Source: a virus
Lineage: Duplodnaviria; Caudoviricetes
DNA length: 53,143 bases
Virus record (IMG/VR): IMGVR_UViG_3300046028_008563
Location: 1-53,143 of that record
Strand: one strand, 5' to 3'
The notes beneath the pieces were generated by a model that saw only the letters and a list, made by a program, of their open reading frames with translations, made no database searches and was not told where the DNA came from. The translations under genes were made by a program, and so were the position numbers. Numbering within the stretch: the first letter of the stretch is position 1; each line of letters opens with the position of its first letter. This document shows positions 36,714-46,028 of this stretch, piece after piece.

Positions 36714-37769
36714 ATGACCTCCCCCACCTCTGGGCAGAATTACTTTGTGGACAGATGGCGTAAACTAGCTTTCAAGCTGAGGATCAAGGGCGATGCGAAG
36801 CTGGTGCTTCTCGCTCTGGTCGAACTCTACGCCGGTCACAAAGACGGTTCCAACTGCTACCCCTCCATCGACTCCCTCGTCTGGCACACTGAGCTGTCCA
36901 GGCGCACCGTCCAGCGGGCGCTGGATCTGCTTGAGGAGCGCTCCATCGTGACGCGCATCCAGTGCGTCGGCACCTCCAACCTCTATGAGTTTGGCGACGC
37001 CGACAAGCTGGAGAGCGCCATCCCGGAGCGCCCCGCTCGTCAAGCACGGGTGTCACAGGGACACCCCCGTCAGGCTGACACCAGTGTCGCGCTGACACCC
37101 CCGTCAGGTCACGCTGACACCCCCCCTGTGTCACAGGGACACCCCCCCTGTGTCAGCGTGACACCCTACCACTCGCAGGGAACACCCTCATTAAACACTC
37201 CCAATGAGCAGGCGGCAGCCACACGCACGCATGAGGGCGAGCGCACGCATGAGGCACGCCAGCCAGCCGCCGCCCCCAAGGGTCAGGATTTGAATCTTGA
37301 CCATGACCAGCCCAAGCAGGCGGCGGCGGCAAGCAGGGAGCCTGCTCAGACCTCCACAGCGGCCTCGCAGGACGAGCCGTCTGAGGAGCTGGTGGTGTGG
37401 CTCGGGACGACGATCAAGGAGCGCGTGGCGGGGCTCGTGCAGACGCCCGGCGAGGTCAAGCGCGGACAGGTCAAGGCAGCGGCGCGGACGCTGAAGCGCT
37501 GGGCGAAGGGCGATGAGGCGCAGGTGAGGGCATACCTCGCCGATGAGCTGGACCGCCAGGAGGGCCGCGACGATTCGGGCAAGGCGCGGAACGTGGGGAA
37601 GCTCATCGAGTGGATCGCCGACCGCAAGGCGTGGGAGAGGTGGCAGGCGAGCGAGACGGCGCCGACGCCGGAGCATCACCGCGCCACGGTGCGGGGCGGC
37701 AAGCGCCATGGGAGCGCGTTCTTACACGAGCCAGAGACGTCGGCATGGGCTGCGACGCTTGAGCGCTGA
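36714..37769 (+). CDS. Replication initiator (N-terminal winged HTH, lambda O-like organisation)
   Basis: KLVLLAL...CYPSIDSL...ELSRRTVQRAL..LEE; internal iterons; upstream of loader and helicase. Confidence 0.85.
   Translation: MTSPTSGQNYFVDRWRKLAFKLRIKGDAKLVLLALVELYAGHKDGSNCYPSIDSLVWHTELSRRTVQRALDLLEERSIVTRIQCVGTSNLYEFGDADKLESAIPERPARQARVSQGHPRQADTSVALTPPSGHADTPPVSQGHPPCVSVTPYHSQGTPSLNTPNEQAAATRTHEGERTHEARQPAAAPKGQDLNLDHDQPKQAAAASREPAQTSTAASQDEPSEELVVWLGTTIKERVAGLVQTPGEVKRGQVKAAARTLKRWAKGDEAQVRAYLADELDRQEGRDDSGKARNVGKLIEWIADRKAWERWQASETAPTPEHHRATVRGGKRHGSAFLHEPETSAWAATLER
37050..37166. repeat. Six iterons GTCRNNNKGACACC; putative replication origin
   Basis: GTCACAGGGACACC x2, GTCAGGCTGACACC, GTCGCGCTGACACC, GTCACGCTGACACC, GTCAGCGTGACACC. 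Confidence 0.82.
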
Positions 37770-37787
37770 ACTACAAGGGAGGACGAG

Positions 37788-38606
37788 ATGACATCGAAGC
37801 GTATGGATGATCTGACAGGGCTCTTGGGCGAGGTGAGCGAGCGCCCCCAGCCCGGCAAGTGTGAGCGGTGCGGGCAGGCCGTGCCGCCGATGGACACGAA
37901 GATGGGAGGCTGGTTCACCCCGCCGATCTGCACACCGTGTGTGGAGGGCGAGCGGGCGGCGCAGCGCAAGAATGAGCGGGCGGCGCGCATCAAGGCGTGG
38001 ACCAAGGAGCTTGAGCGGCAGCAAGGCGGGCCGCTGTGCGTGAAGCGGCGCGTGGACCTGCCCGACCTGCTCGCCGCGTTCGTGGTCGGCGGCGGCTGGC
38101 TTGAGGGGCAGAGCGCGGTGTACCTGACGGGGCACACGGGCACCGGCAAGACGCAGGCGATGACCGAGATGGCGCAGCGCCTGATCGAGCGGTACGCCGA
38201 TGAGCCGCGGGCGACGTCGCCTGTGGCGTATGTGTCGATGCAAGACCTGCTCGATATGCTGCGGGCGCGGGAGGATGTGAGCGCGCTCACGTCGGCGCCC
38301 TGGCTGTTCCTCGATGAGATCGGCGCTGTGGCTCTGACCGATTGGGGGCATGAGCAGGTGTTCAAGCTCATCAGCGCTCGCTGCCACTCGGAGCGCCCGA
38401 CGGTCTACGCGTCGAACCACCACCTCATCGACCTGCTGTTGTGGGCGGGCGAGTCGACGTCGCCGGGCGCGTTCTACGGCGTCGCCGGGTGGGACCACCG
38501 CATCACCACCCGCTTGCTCGCAGCGATCGGCGGGCAGGATGAGCGTAAGCGCTTGCCCGGTGTCATCACCTTCGAGCGCCGCTGGCGTCTGGAGGTGCGC
38601 CGATGA
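37788..38606 (+). CDS. DnaC/IstB-like AAA+ helicase loader
   Basis: Two CxxC motifs, GHTGTGKT, LFLDEIG, PTVYASN. Confidence 0.88.
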   Translation: MTSKRMDDLTGLLGEVSERPQPGKCERCGQAVPPMDTKMGGWFTPPICTPCVEGERAAQRKNERAARIKAWTKELERQQGGPLCVKRRVDLPDLLAAFVVGGGWLEGQSAVYLTGHTGTGKTQAMTEMAQRLIERYADEPRATSPVAYVSMQDLLDMLRAREDVSALTSAPWLFLDEIGAVALTDWGHEQVFKLISARCHSERPTVYASNHHLIDLLLWAGESTSPGAFYGVAGWDHRITTRLLAAIGGQDERKRLPGVITFERRWRLEVRR

Positions 38607-39991
38607 GCCGCAATCAGGACGCGATCCGCGTCGCACCCCACAACGATGAGGCGGAGCGCTCGATGATCGGCGCTGCGCTCGTCGACAACCGCATGATCCA
38701 GCAGCTCCGCGCCATCGTCGCGCCGGGCGACATGTACCGCGAGGGGCACCGCCACATCTGGCGCGCCATCGACGCGTTGCACGAGCGCGGCGACGTGGTG
38801 GACGTCATCACGCTCGCCGACCAGCTCCACGCCGAGGGGCTGCTTGAGGCAGTCGGCGGCCCCAACGTGCTGCTCGCCCTCACAAGGGAGCTGCCCAGCG
38901 CGGCGAACAGCACCTATTACGCGCAGATCGTGGCCCGCAAGGCCCAGCTCCGCGCCATCATCAGCGCCTCGCTCGCGACCGCAGACGCGGCGTATGAGGA
39001 TCTGGACGGCGAGGATCACGACGCATGGTGCGCCCGCACCGCCACGCGCCTCACGGGCCTGCTCGTCGCGCAGCATGGGAGCGACACGGCGCACCATGCC
39101 GAAGAATTTACGAAGGCGCTCACCGCGCACATCTACCACGGCGCAGAGCTTGGCCCGCGCTGGGACACACCGTTCCCCTCGTTCAACGCTGCGCTTGACG
39201 GCGGGCGCTTTGAGGCGGGCCAGCTCATCGTGGTGGGCGCGAGGCCGGGCGGCGGCAAGACGGCGTGGGCGCTTCAGGTGGCGCTGCACAACGCGATGGC
39301 GGGGCACAACAGCCTGTTCTTCAGTATGGAGATGATGCGCGTCCAACTGGCCCTGCGGATGCTCGCCTGCCACTCCCGCGTGGATGCGCCGATCATCAAG
39401 GCGCGGTCGATGAGCGACCGCCAGTGGTCGCGCATCATCGACAGCTTGCAGGCGATCCGGGATGCGCGGATCTGGGTGGATGAGCGCACCTCGCTCACGC
39501 TCGCCCACGTCGAGGCGGAGTGTGCGCGGCTCGCGAGCGTCGGGCATCCTCCCGCGATCGTGGTGGTCGATTATCTCCAGCTTGTGCGGCCTGCGCAGTC
39601 GAGCGCCAACAAGGCCGACCAGCTCGATCTCATCGCGCAGGGCTTGCACGAGATCGCCCAGCGCCAGCGGTGCGTGGTGATCGCGCTCGCCCAGCTCAAC
39701 CGCAGCTCCGGCGCCGCCGAGGGCAGCCCAGGTCAGGGATCGTTCAAGGGCTCAGGCGGCATCGAGGCGGCGGCAGACGTGGCGCTCGTGCTGTGGCGCG
39801 AGGATGGCGGTGAGGACAAGGACAAGAAGACAGGTGCCGAGGGCGCTCCGGCGCGGCATGATGCGGGTGGCCCGGTGGCCATCAAGGCGGCCATCGTCAA
39901 GAACAGGTCGGGCTCTATCGGGCCGCTCGAATTCAACTTCCACGGAGCGCAGTACCGCTTCGAGGATCCCACAGCAGAAGACGACAGATAA
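38603..39991 (+). CDS. dnaB: Replicative DNA helicase
   Basis: PHN.EAE, GARPGGGKT, FSMEM, VDYLQL, LAQLNR, KNR.G. Confidence 0.95.
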   Translation: MSRNQDAIRVAPHNDEAERSMIGAALVDNRMIQQLRAIVAPGDMYREGHRHIWRAIDALHERGDVVDVITLADQLHAEGLLEAVGGPNVLLALTRELPSAANSTYYAQIVARKAQLRAIISASLATADAAYEDLDGEDHDAWCARTATRLTGLLVAQHGSDTAHHAEEFTKALTAHIYHGAELGPRWDTPFPSFNAALDGGRFEAGQLIVVGARPGGGKTAWALQVALHNAMAGHNSLFFSMEMMRVQLALRMLACHSRVDAPIIKARSMSDRQWSRIIDSLQAIRDARIWVDERTSLTLAHVEAECARLASVGHPPAIVVVDYLQLVRPAQSSANKADQLDLIAQGLHEIAQRQRCVVIALAQLNRSSGAAEGSPGQGSFKGSGGIEAAADVALVLWREDGGEDKDKKTGAEGAPARHDAGGPVAIKAAIVKNRSGSIGPLEFNFHGAQYRFEDPTAEDDR

Positions 39992-39998
39992 GACCCCA

Positions 39999-40046
39999 GA
40001 CGCACCCCACGCACACTCGATTGGAACCCGAATGCGTGGGGGCGTC
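39999..40046 (+). other. Leader stem-loop upstream of the antirepressor-like gene
   Basis: GACGCACCCCACGCA...TGCGTGGGGGCGTC. Confidence 0.55.
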
Positions 40047-40090
40047 ACCAACCCACAAATGAGCCGTAGATGACGGCGAAGGATTAGACC

Positions 40091-41341
40091 ATGACGACGT
40101 GCAACACAAGCCCCAACGCCCCCCACATCCCCATGCGCGACCGCCTGCGCGCCGCCCGCCTCGCCTTGAAGGCCAAGCAGGACGATCTGTCTGCGCTGTG
40201 GGGGCTCTCCAACCGCCAGGTGGTGAGCGACTGGGAGCGCGACCGCCAGCCGATCCCCGATGAGGTGGTGCCCAAGATCGAGCAGCTCGAAGGGTGGGCG
40301 GCGGCAGGCGGCACACTCGACGCGGTGCGTGAGGAGATCGCGAAGATCAAGGATGCGGAGCTGGCGGCGCAGATCGAGCGCGCCCACAGCAAGGCGACCA
40401 GCTGGCAGGCGATGGGCTCGCGCCCTGTGCCGCTGATCGAGCAGCCCGCGCAGCTCACCCTTGAGGGTGCCGCGCCCATGACGCCCGCGCCTCGCCCTGA
40501 GCCTGCCGCCGCCGCTGCCCCCTCGCCTGACACCTACACCACGATCTCATGGGAGAGCTTTGTGGTGGAGGTGGACGGCAAGCGCGGGGTGTCGCTGCGG
40601 GCGCTCGTTGCGGCGGGCCTGTTCTCGCGCTTGGATCACGGTGTTGATGCGCTCACGCGCGCAGGGGTCCAGTTCTCCCGCGTTCGCGGGGGAACCTCCG
40701 CGCAGGGTGGGCGGCCACAGGAGGATCATCTGATGGGCTTGCGCGAGGCGCAGCGCTTCTGCGCTCGCGTGCGGACCGCTGTGGGTGAGCGCATCCTTGA
40801 TCAGATCCTTGACCACCATGACGAGCTCCAGCGGCTCATCGCTGGCGACGCCGACGCGCACCAGCGGCTCGCCGATGTGCAGCCGCCCGCCCCCACCCCT
40901 GCCCTCTCGCCCACGATGGTTGCCTTGCAGGCCGCGCTCGAGCATGAGGCGAAGATCATCCAGCTTCAGCACGACGTCGCGGCGCTCCAGCGGGCAGAGG
41001 CGATCCGTCGCGAGGAGAGCGAGCGGATGCTTGCGCGGCTCAAGGGCGCGGGCCTGCCTGAGCCCACGGTGGATGCTCCGGCGCTCACCACCCGCAAGGC
41101 GCTCGTCGCCCAGCTCGCCCGCGTCGGGGTGGACGCTGGCAACGGGCGCGACCACCACCACGCTGCGTGGGTCCACCTGTACAGCCAGTATGAACACCGG
41201 GCAGGCGTGGATCTCAAGACGCGGGCCAAGAACGCGGGGCAGACGGTGCTTGACTACGCGGAGACGCACGACCACCTCGACGCGCTGTATGCGCTGGCGT
41301 GTGAGCTGTGGCCGACAGACGGGGCAGGGGCGCGGGCCTGA
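40091..41341 (+). CDS. XRE-HTH fused to antirepressor-like domains
   Basis: N-terminal HTH (LKAKQDDLS..WG...VSDWE); central GGRPQEDH.M.L; coiled coil; C-terminal DLKTRAKN...LDY domain. Confidence 0.7.
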   Translation: MTTCNTSPNAPHIPMRDRLRAARLALKAKQDDLSALWGLSNRQVVSDWERDRQPIPDEVVPKIEQLEGWAAAGGTLDAVREEIAKIKDAELAAQIERAHSKATSWQAMGSRPVPLIEQPAQLTLEGAAPMTPAPRPEPAAAAAPSPDTYTTISWESFVVEVDGKRGVSLRALVAAGLFSRLDHGVDALTRAGVQFSRVRGGTSAQGGRPQEDHLMGLREAQRFCARVRTAVGERILDQILDHHDELQRLIAGDADAHQRLADVQPPAPTPALSPTMVALQAALEHEAKIIQLQHDVAALQRAEAIRREESERMLARLKGAGLPEPTVDAPALTTRKALVAQLARVGVDAGNGRDHHHAAWVHLYSQYEHRAGVDLKTRAKNAGQTVLDYAETHDHLDALYALACELWPTDGAGARA

Positions 41342-41413
41342 TCCAATAACAAAGACATGAGGGCGGCAGGCGGCGGCAAGAGATGCGCGCCGTGTGCCGC
41401 TGGAGAGAGGGTG

Positions 41414-42139
41414 ATGATGGACGAGAGGATGATCGAGGTCGCGGATCTGCGCGAGGGTGACGTGTTCGAGCTGCCCGGCGTCGGCACGTTCGGCGTGGTG
41501 CGCATATGGGGTGGCGGTGAGGTGCGAACGATCCACCTTGAGGCGTGGACGCAGGGCGCGGGCTGTGAGCTGAGGCTGCGGAGCGCGCTCAAGGTGCGGC
41601 TCTTGAGCAGGGCGCCGGATGACCTGCTGAAGCGTGTGCAGGATGAGCGGCGGGATGCGTCGCTGGCGAGCCTCGACGCGCTGTTCCGCGAGGTGGATGA
41701 GGCGCCCGACGCTGAGGAGGCGCCCGATGACGGGCTCGCTCACGACGATTGGGAGATGCCGCCCTCGCTTGAGGGCGTGGCGCAGGTGCGCGAGGCGCTG
41801 CGGCGCGCTGACCTCGCGCTGGCGGGGCTGCGCAACGCGCTTGTGGTAGAGCGTGAGCTGCAAGCCAGGTGCGCGGAGCTGGAGCGGGAGCGTGATGAGC
41901 TCATCGCAACCGCCGCCGCTGGTGCCGCCGAGATCGCCAAGTCGCGCCAAGAGGAGCGCGACTACAAGGCGCAGATCGCGGCGCTCAGGTGCGAGTTGGA
42001 TAAGGTGACCGAGGCTCGGGACATGGCCGTGTACCTGATGACCCGTCGGCAGGGTGAGTATGACCAGATGCAGGCGGAGCGTGACGCGGCGCGGGCGGAG
42101 CGTGACGCCCTGCGCGCAGGTATGGGAGGTGCGTCATGA
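41414..42139 (+). CDS. Coiled-coil hypothetical protein
   Basis: V.DLREGD N-terminal beta domain plus long heptad region. Confidence 0.65.
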   Translation: MMDERMIEVADLREGDVFELPGVGTFGVVRIWGGGEVRTIHLEAWTQGAGCELRLRSALKVRLLSRAPDDLLKRVQDERRDASLASLDALFREVDEAPDAEEAPDDGLAHDDWEMPPSLEGVAQVREALRRADLALAGLRNALVVERELQARCAELERERDELIATAAAGAAEIAKSRQEERDYKAQIAALRCELDKVTEARDMAVYLMTRRQGEYDQMQAERDAARAERDALRAGMGGAS

Positions 42140-42555
42140 ACAGGCGGCAGGCAGAGGAGGCAGCGGCGGCGCTGCGTGTGGCGTTCCCGGACGTGGTGTG
42201 GTCGCTGTACGAGGCGCGCAGCACTACGCGTCTGGACGTGTGCGGGGAGCTTGGCGGGTTGCGTCATGCCATCGTGCGCGACCATCACCGGGGAGGCTAC
42301 ACCGCCGACACGCTCATCAGGCCCGACAACGAGTGGGCTTTGGATGTGGATGATGTGGGGCGTGGCATGGGTGATGACCCGGTGTCTGCCATGCGCGATG
42401 CGCTCACGCAGCATGACGGGCGCTGGGAGAGTGAGGAGCTGCGCCGCGCATACGTCCTGACGCTGTTGCGCGAGCGCGAGGCATACCTGGTGGCGCAGCT
42501 GGAGGATTGCCGGGCGGGGATCGCGGACTTGGAGAGCAAGGGAGGTGGCAGATGA
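42136..42555 (+). CDS. Hypothetical protein
   Basis: GGAGGT RBS; ATGA overlap. Confidence 0.65.
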   Translation: MNRRQAEEAAAALRVAFPDVVWSLYEARSTTRLDVCGELGGLRHAIVRDHHRGGYTADTLIRPDNEWALDVDDVGRGMGDDPVSAMRDALTQHDGRWESEELRRAYVLTLLREREAYLVAQLEDCRAGIADLESKGGGR

Positions 42556-42923
42556 CCAGCTGCAAGGCTCCTGACCACCGCGACGCTGCCACCACCCTCT
42601 ACGACGCGCTGCGCGATGAGCTTCGCGCCCAGCGCTTCGACGCCAAGCAGGTGGATGGCACGGCGTTGCTGATGATGGGCGACCTCTTGGAGTGCACCAA
42701 GGGCGTGGTGAGCGATCTCTTGGAGGGGCGTGAGGTGTGCGCCCGCGTTCTGTGTACCCTCAAAGACAGGACGGCTGGCGGCGGCGGCCTGCAAGGTGCG
42801 CGTGACCAGCGGGCGCGGGAGTGGCAGAGGATACAGGAGCGGCAGGACGCGGCGATCGAGGGCGTCAAGGAGGAGGTCGCGGCGGGCAAGGTGGAGACGT
42901 GGCAACCGGGGATGTCTGGGTGA
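42552..42923 (+). CDS. Hypothetical protein
   Basis: GGAGGT RBS; ATGA overlap. Confidence 0.6.
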   Translation: MTSCKAPDHRDAATTLYDALRDELRAQRFDAKQVDGTALLMMGDLLECTKGVVSDLLEGREVCARVLCTLKDRTAGGGGLQGARDQRAREWQRIQERQDAAIEGVKEEVAAGKVETWQPGMSG

Positions 42924-43058
42924 TATGTTGATTGTGTCCACGCCCACCGTGCTTCAAGACTGTGGACACGATGTGCCTATATCGAGCGTGTGATGTCTAT
43001 GGGCGTGGAGATCACACGAAAAAAGTGCAGGATCGTGGATAAAAAATAGGTTGATTGG

Positions 43059-43086
43059 TTGATTCATTTGGTCAATCTGTTATAAT
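43059..43086 (+). promoter_or_regulatory. Extended -10 sigma70-type promoter
   Basis: TTGATT-N16-TATAAT with a TGn extension, in an AT-rich intergenic region. Confidence 0.75.
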
Positions 43087-43090
43087 AGTT

Positions 43091-43112
43091 GGGCAGGCGG
43101 CGGCGGCAAGAG
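43091..43112 (+). repeat. Representative copy of the dispersed motif GGCAGGCGGCGGC(GGC)AAGAG
   Basis: 22/22 identical to the reverse complement of 32732-32753; related copies at 23702, 27668, 33612, 37316, 41365, 44594, 45960 and 49071. Confidence 0.75.
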
Positions 43113-43145
43113 CTGTGCGTCGCGAGGCTTTTGAGAGGTGATGTG

Positions 43146-43379
43146 ATGAGTCATTGTGCAGCGGGGCTTGAGCCCGCCCCGAACATCGTCGAGTTCGTCT
43201 ATGAGAACCACCGCGGGGAGGTGCGCCCCGTGCGCATCGACGCGGCGACGACTCACCTGTGGAGCGGCACGACGGCGTACTACCCGGAGCATCAGCCGCT
43301 GCTCACCGCGTGGGATATGGACCGGGGTGAGGAGCGGACCTATGCGCTCAAGCGCGTGCGGTCGTGGGGAGGTGTGTGA
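43146..43379 (+). CDS. Stand-alone WYL-domain protein
   Basis: VEFVYENHRGE...R......W.G.T.YYPE.Q.LL.AWD.DR...RTYAL. Confidence 0.8.
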   Translation: MSHCAAGLEPAPNIVEFVYENHRGEVRPVRIDAATTHLWSGTTAYYPEHQPLLTAWDMDRGEERTYALKRVRSWGGV

Positions 43380-43735
43380 TGCGGGCCTGGTTGGTGGTGT
43401 TGGAGCGGCGCGGCGTGTTCATCTGGCCGCTGCGCGTGGTGGTGCATGTGGCTGCGCTGTTGCCTGTGGGGTGGCTCGTCAGCCTTGGTGCGCATGAGCG
43501 TGATTTTGTCGTCACTGCGTGTATGGGCATCCTGCTTGGTGGGCTCACCACGACGCTGACGAGCCATGTGCATGTCTTCGGGCTCATGATCCTTGAGGCG
43601 CTTGAGCAGTCGGCTCGTGCTGCGCTTGAGGATCTGCGTCAAGAGGTGCGCAGGGTTGAGATGGGCGAGGAAGCGGCGGCGGCTCAAGCTGGCGCGCTGT
43701 CCGTTTTTGAGCAAGATGGGGAGGGTGTGCGATGA
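43379..43735 (+). CDS. Membrane protein
   Basis: Two hydrophobic segments; TGATG coupling. Confidence 0.55.
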   Translation: MRAWLVVLERRGVFIWPLRVVVHVAALLPVGWLVSLGAHERDFVVTACMGILLGGLTTTLTSHVHVFGLMILEALEQSARAALEDLRQEVRRVEMGEEAAAAQAGALSVFEQDGEGVR

Positions 43736-43947
43736 GTAAGTGGTCAAGATCGGGGTTGACGCCCCGTGTCGCCATCCCCGGCGTGTGGGTGACGGTCGGC
43801 GCTGATGGTGTATCCAGCGTGAGCATTGAGCCGCAGGCGATCCGGGCGTCGTGTCGTGAGGCGACGGCGCACGGCTACACCGCGCAAGAGGCGCTGCTCA
43901 AGGCGATCAAGGCGTGGCAGCGGGAGAAGGCGAGGGCCGCACGATGA
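43732..43947 (+). CDS. Hypothetical protein
   Basis: ATGA coupling. Confidence 0.6.
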   Translation: MSKWSRSGLTPRVAIPGVWVTVGADGVSSVSIEPQAIRASCREATAHGYTAQEALLKAIKAWQREKARAAR

Positions 43948-44180
43948 AGCGTTCTGACTATGCCCGCGCCTCGCTGGCGATAGGTATGCTGACCACCGTG
44001 GGCTCGCTCACCCTCTTGGATGAGGGTGGCGCCGATGAGCTCATCGCCCGCCTCGACAAGCAGCGCGAGCAGGAGCTTTGGGCGCTCGGGCTGGGTCCGC
44101 GTCGCACACCACCCAAGCCCGTTGGGCAGCGTCGCGCCAAGAGCGCCGCCCGCCGCCGCCGCCTGAGGGGGCAGGGATGA
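43944..44180 (+). CDS. Hypothetical basic protein
   Basis: ATGA coupling on both sides. Confidence 0.55.
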   Translation: MKRSDYARASLAIGMLTTVGSLTLLDEGGADELIARLDKQREQELWALGLGPRRTPPKPVGQRRAKSAARRRRLRGQG

Positions 44181-44575
44181 CCGCCTGCCCCAGCTCCATC
44201 GTCTTCGACGTCCCCGGCAAGCCTCGCCCCAAGGCCCGCCCGCGTGTCACCTCTCACGGCACCTTCACCCCCAAGCACGTCGCGGACTGGGAGAAGGTCG
44301 TGGGGCAGTACGCCCTCCTCGCGGGGCTGCGGCCGGTGGATGGTGCGTGTGAGGTGCGCGTGTGGCTGTGTGGCGTGGGGCTCACAGGCGACGTGGACAA
44401 CTACCTCAAAGCGATCCTCGACGGGCTCAACGGGGTCGCCTACGCGGACGACAGGCAGGTCAAGGCGGCGCACGTCTACAAGCTCGCCGGGCGCGGGGCG
44501 CTGTGTAGGGTCGAGGTGGTGCGGCTGGAGGTGGGGTGGGAGGAGCAGGTGGTGATGCCGGAGGTGGTGAAGTGA
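44177..44575 (+). CDS. rusA: RusA-family Holliday junction resolvase
   Basis: VPGKPRPKARPR and DVDNYLKAILDGLNGVAYADDRQV. Confidence 0.93.
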   Translation: MTACPSSIVFDVPGKPRPKARPRVTSHGTFTPKHVADWEKVVGQYALLAGLRPVDGACEVRVWLCGVGLTGDVDNYLKAILDGLNGVAYADDRQVKAAHVYKLAGRGALCRVEVVRLEVGWEEQVVMPEVVK

Positions 44576-44623
44576 GTAGACACACGGGGCGGCGGCAGGC
44601 GGCGGCAAGAGAGAGGTGGTGAG

Positions 44624-45097
44624 GTGAAGAAGGGCGATCGATTAAGCGAGAAGCAGCGCCGCTTTGTGGATCTGTACATGGGGGAGGCGGCAGGCAACGC
44701 GACCGAGGCGGCGCGTCTCGCTGGCTACAAGGGGAGCGATGGCACGCTGCGCGTCGTCGCGACCGAGAACTTATCAAAACCTAACATTCAAGCGGCGATC
44801 CGTGAACGGGTCAGCAAGCGGCCAGAGGTGGCGAGCCGGGATGAGCGACAGGAGTTCTACTCGGCGATCATGCGCGGGGTGGATCCGTACAGCCGCGACG
44901 ATGGCGAGCCGATCCCGATCAAGGACAGGCTCAAGGCGTGCGAGACGCTCGGCAAGATGCAAGGCGACTTCCTTGAGAGGCACGAGGTCAAGCTGACGGG
45001 CGAGACGACGACGACGCTCAGGATGGGCGAGCTGTCTGACGCTGCGCTGCTGGAGCTGGTCAAGGCGGTCGCGCCCAAGACGGGAGGTGAGCAGTGA
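44624..45097 (+). CDS. terS: Terminase small subunit
   Basis: LSEKQRRFV..Y...NATEAARLAGY...A.ENL.KP.I and DRLKA.E.LGK. Confidence 0.92.
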   Translation: MKKGDRLSEKQRRFVDLYMGEAAGNATEAARLAGYKGSDGTLRVVATENLSKPNIQAAIRERVSKRPEVASRDERQEFYSAIMRGVDPYSRDDGEPIPIKDRLKACETLGKMQGDFLERHEVKLTGETTTTLRMGELSDAALLELVKAVAPKTGGEQ

Positions 45098-45636
45098 GCG
45101 CATGTGACCTGATCCCTGATGAGCATGACGTGGTGCGTGAGTACGCCACGGCCCGCGAGGCGGCGAGCGTTTACGGTGCGCTGCGTGAGAGCGCACCTGG
45201 CACCTGCCGCGCACAGGACTACTCCAAGCTCGTGCTCGCTGGCGTCCAGATGAACGCCGGGCCTGACGCGGGCATGTGGCAGATCGAGGCGCTCGATGCG
45301 CTGCGTGACCTTGAGCGGGCCTTTGAGGCAGCGCGGGCTGTGGTGCTCACGTGGGAGGAAGGCGAGGGGATGTGGCGTGTGTGGTGGCAGGTGCGCGTGG
45401 AGCAGGTCAGTCTGCGCAAGGTGCCAGACGTCGCCCGCTCGACCGCCGACCGCATCACCCGCAGCGTGGATCGCGCCGTGCAGGACGCGCTTGATGCCCG
45501 CGAGCTGCGCCGCCTCACCGTGAGCGAGGGCCGCAGCGCCGAGCTCAACAGCCCTGCTCCACAAGTGCGCACCTGCATGATCCTGTATGGCGATGAGACC
45601 TTTCGTGACGCGAAGAGCAAGGAGGTGGTGAAGTGA
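45094..45636 (+). CDS. Hypothetical protein, possibly a late transcription regulator (sigma region 4-like)
   Basis: VSLRKV...ARSTADR HTH-like segment; upstream of late genes. Confidence 0.4.
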   Translation: MSACDLIPDEHDVVREYATAREAASVYGALRESAPGTCRAQDYSKLVLAGVQMNAGPDAGMWQIEALDALRDLERAFEAARAVVLTWEEGEGMWRVWWQVRVEQVSLRKVPDVARSTADRITRSVDRAVQDALDARELRRLTVSEGRSAELNSPAPQVRTCMILYGDETFRDAKSKEVVK

Positions 45637-45902
45637 GCACATGCAAGCGGTTCGTCCTGAACGTGATCGAGCGCAAGATGGGCGTGCGGCAGGCAGCACG
45701 CGCTGCTGGCTTTGCGCAGGGCGTGCCCTCACCCCAGGCCCGCCGCCTGCTCAAGATGGCCCAGCTCATCCGCGAGACTCCGGGGATGGCCGACGCGGTG
45801 GCACGCGATCACGCCCTCGCGCAGTCCGCCCTCGCCCGCGCCGCCGACAAGGCAGCCTCCGCCTCGGCGTGGCATGAGGCGCTCACGATCCTCAAGGGCT
45901 AG
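45633..45902 (+). CDS. Small HTH-like protein
   Basis: RFV......MGVRQAARAAGFA resembles a TerS N-terminal HTH. Confidence 0.55.
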   Translation: MSTCKRFVLNVIERKMGVRQAARAAGFAQGVPSPQARRLLKMAQLIRETPGMADAVARDHALAQSALARAADKAASASAWHEALTILKG

Positions 45903-46028
45903 CGTAGACAGCCAAGCTCACTACACCGCCCAACCTGTCTCACCTCAAAAAATGGGCATGGCAGGCGGCGGCGGCTGACTCGTGGTGCGTCAAGGGGGCC
46001 ACGTTCTGCACAGGGTAGAGGTGCACGC

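Noticed and set aside
37050-37166. Mini CRISPR array
   Set aside because: Repeats of about 14 bp with 3-8 bp gaps inside rep fit iterons; no cas genes
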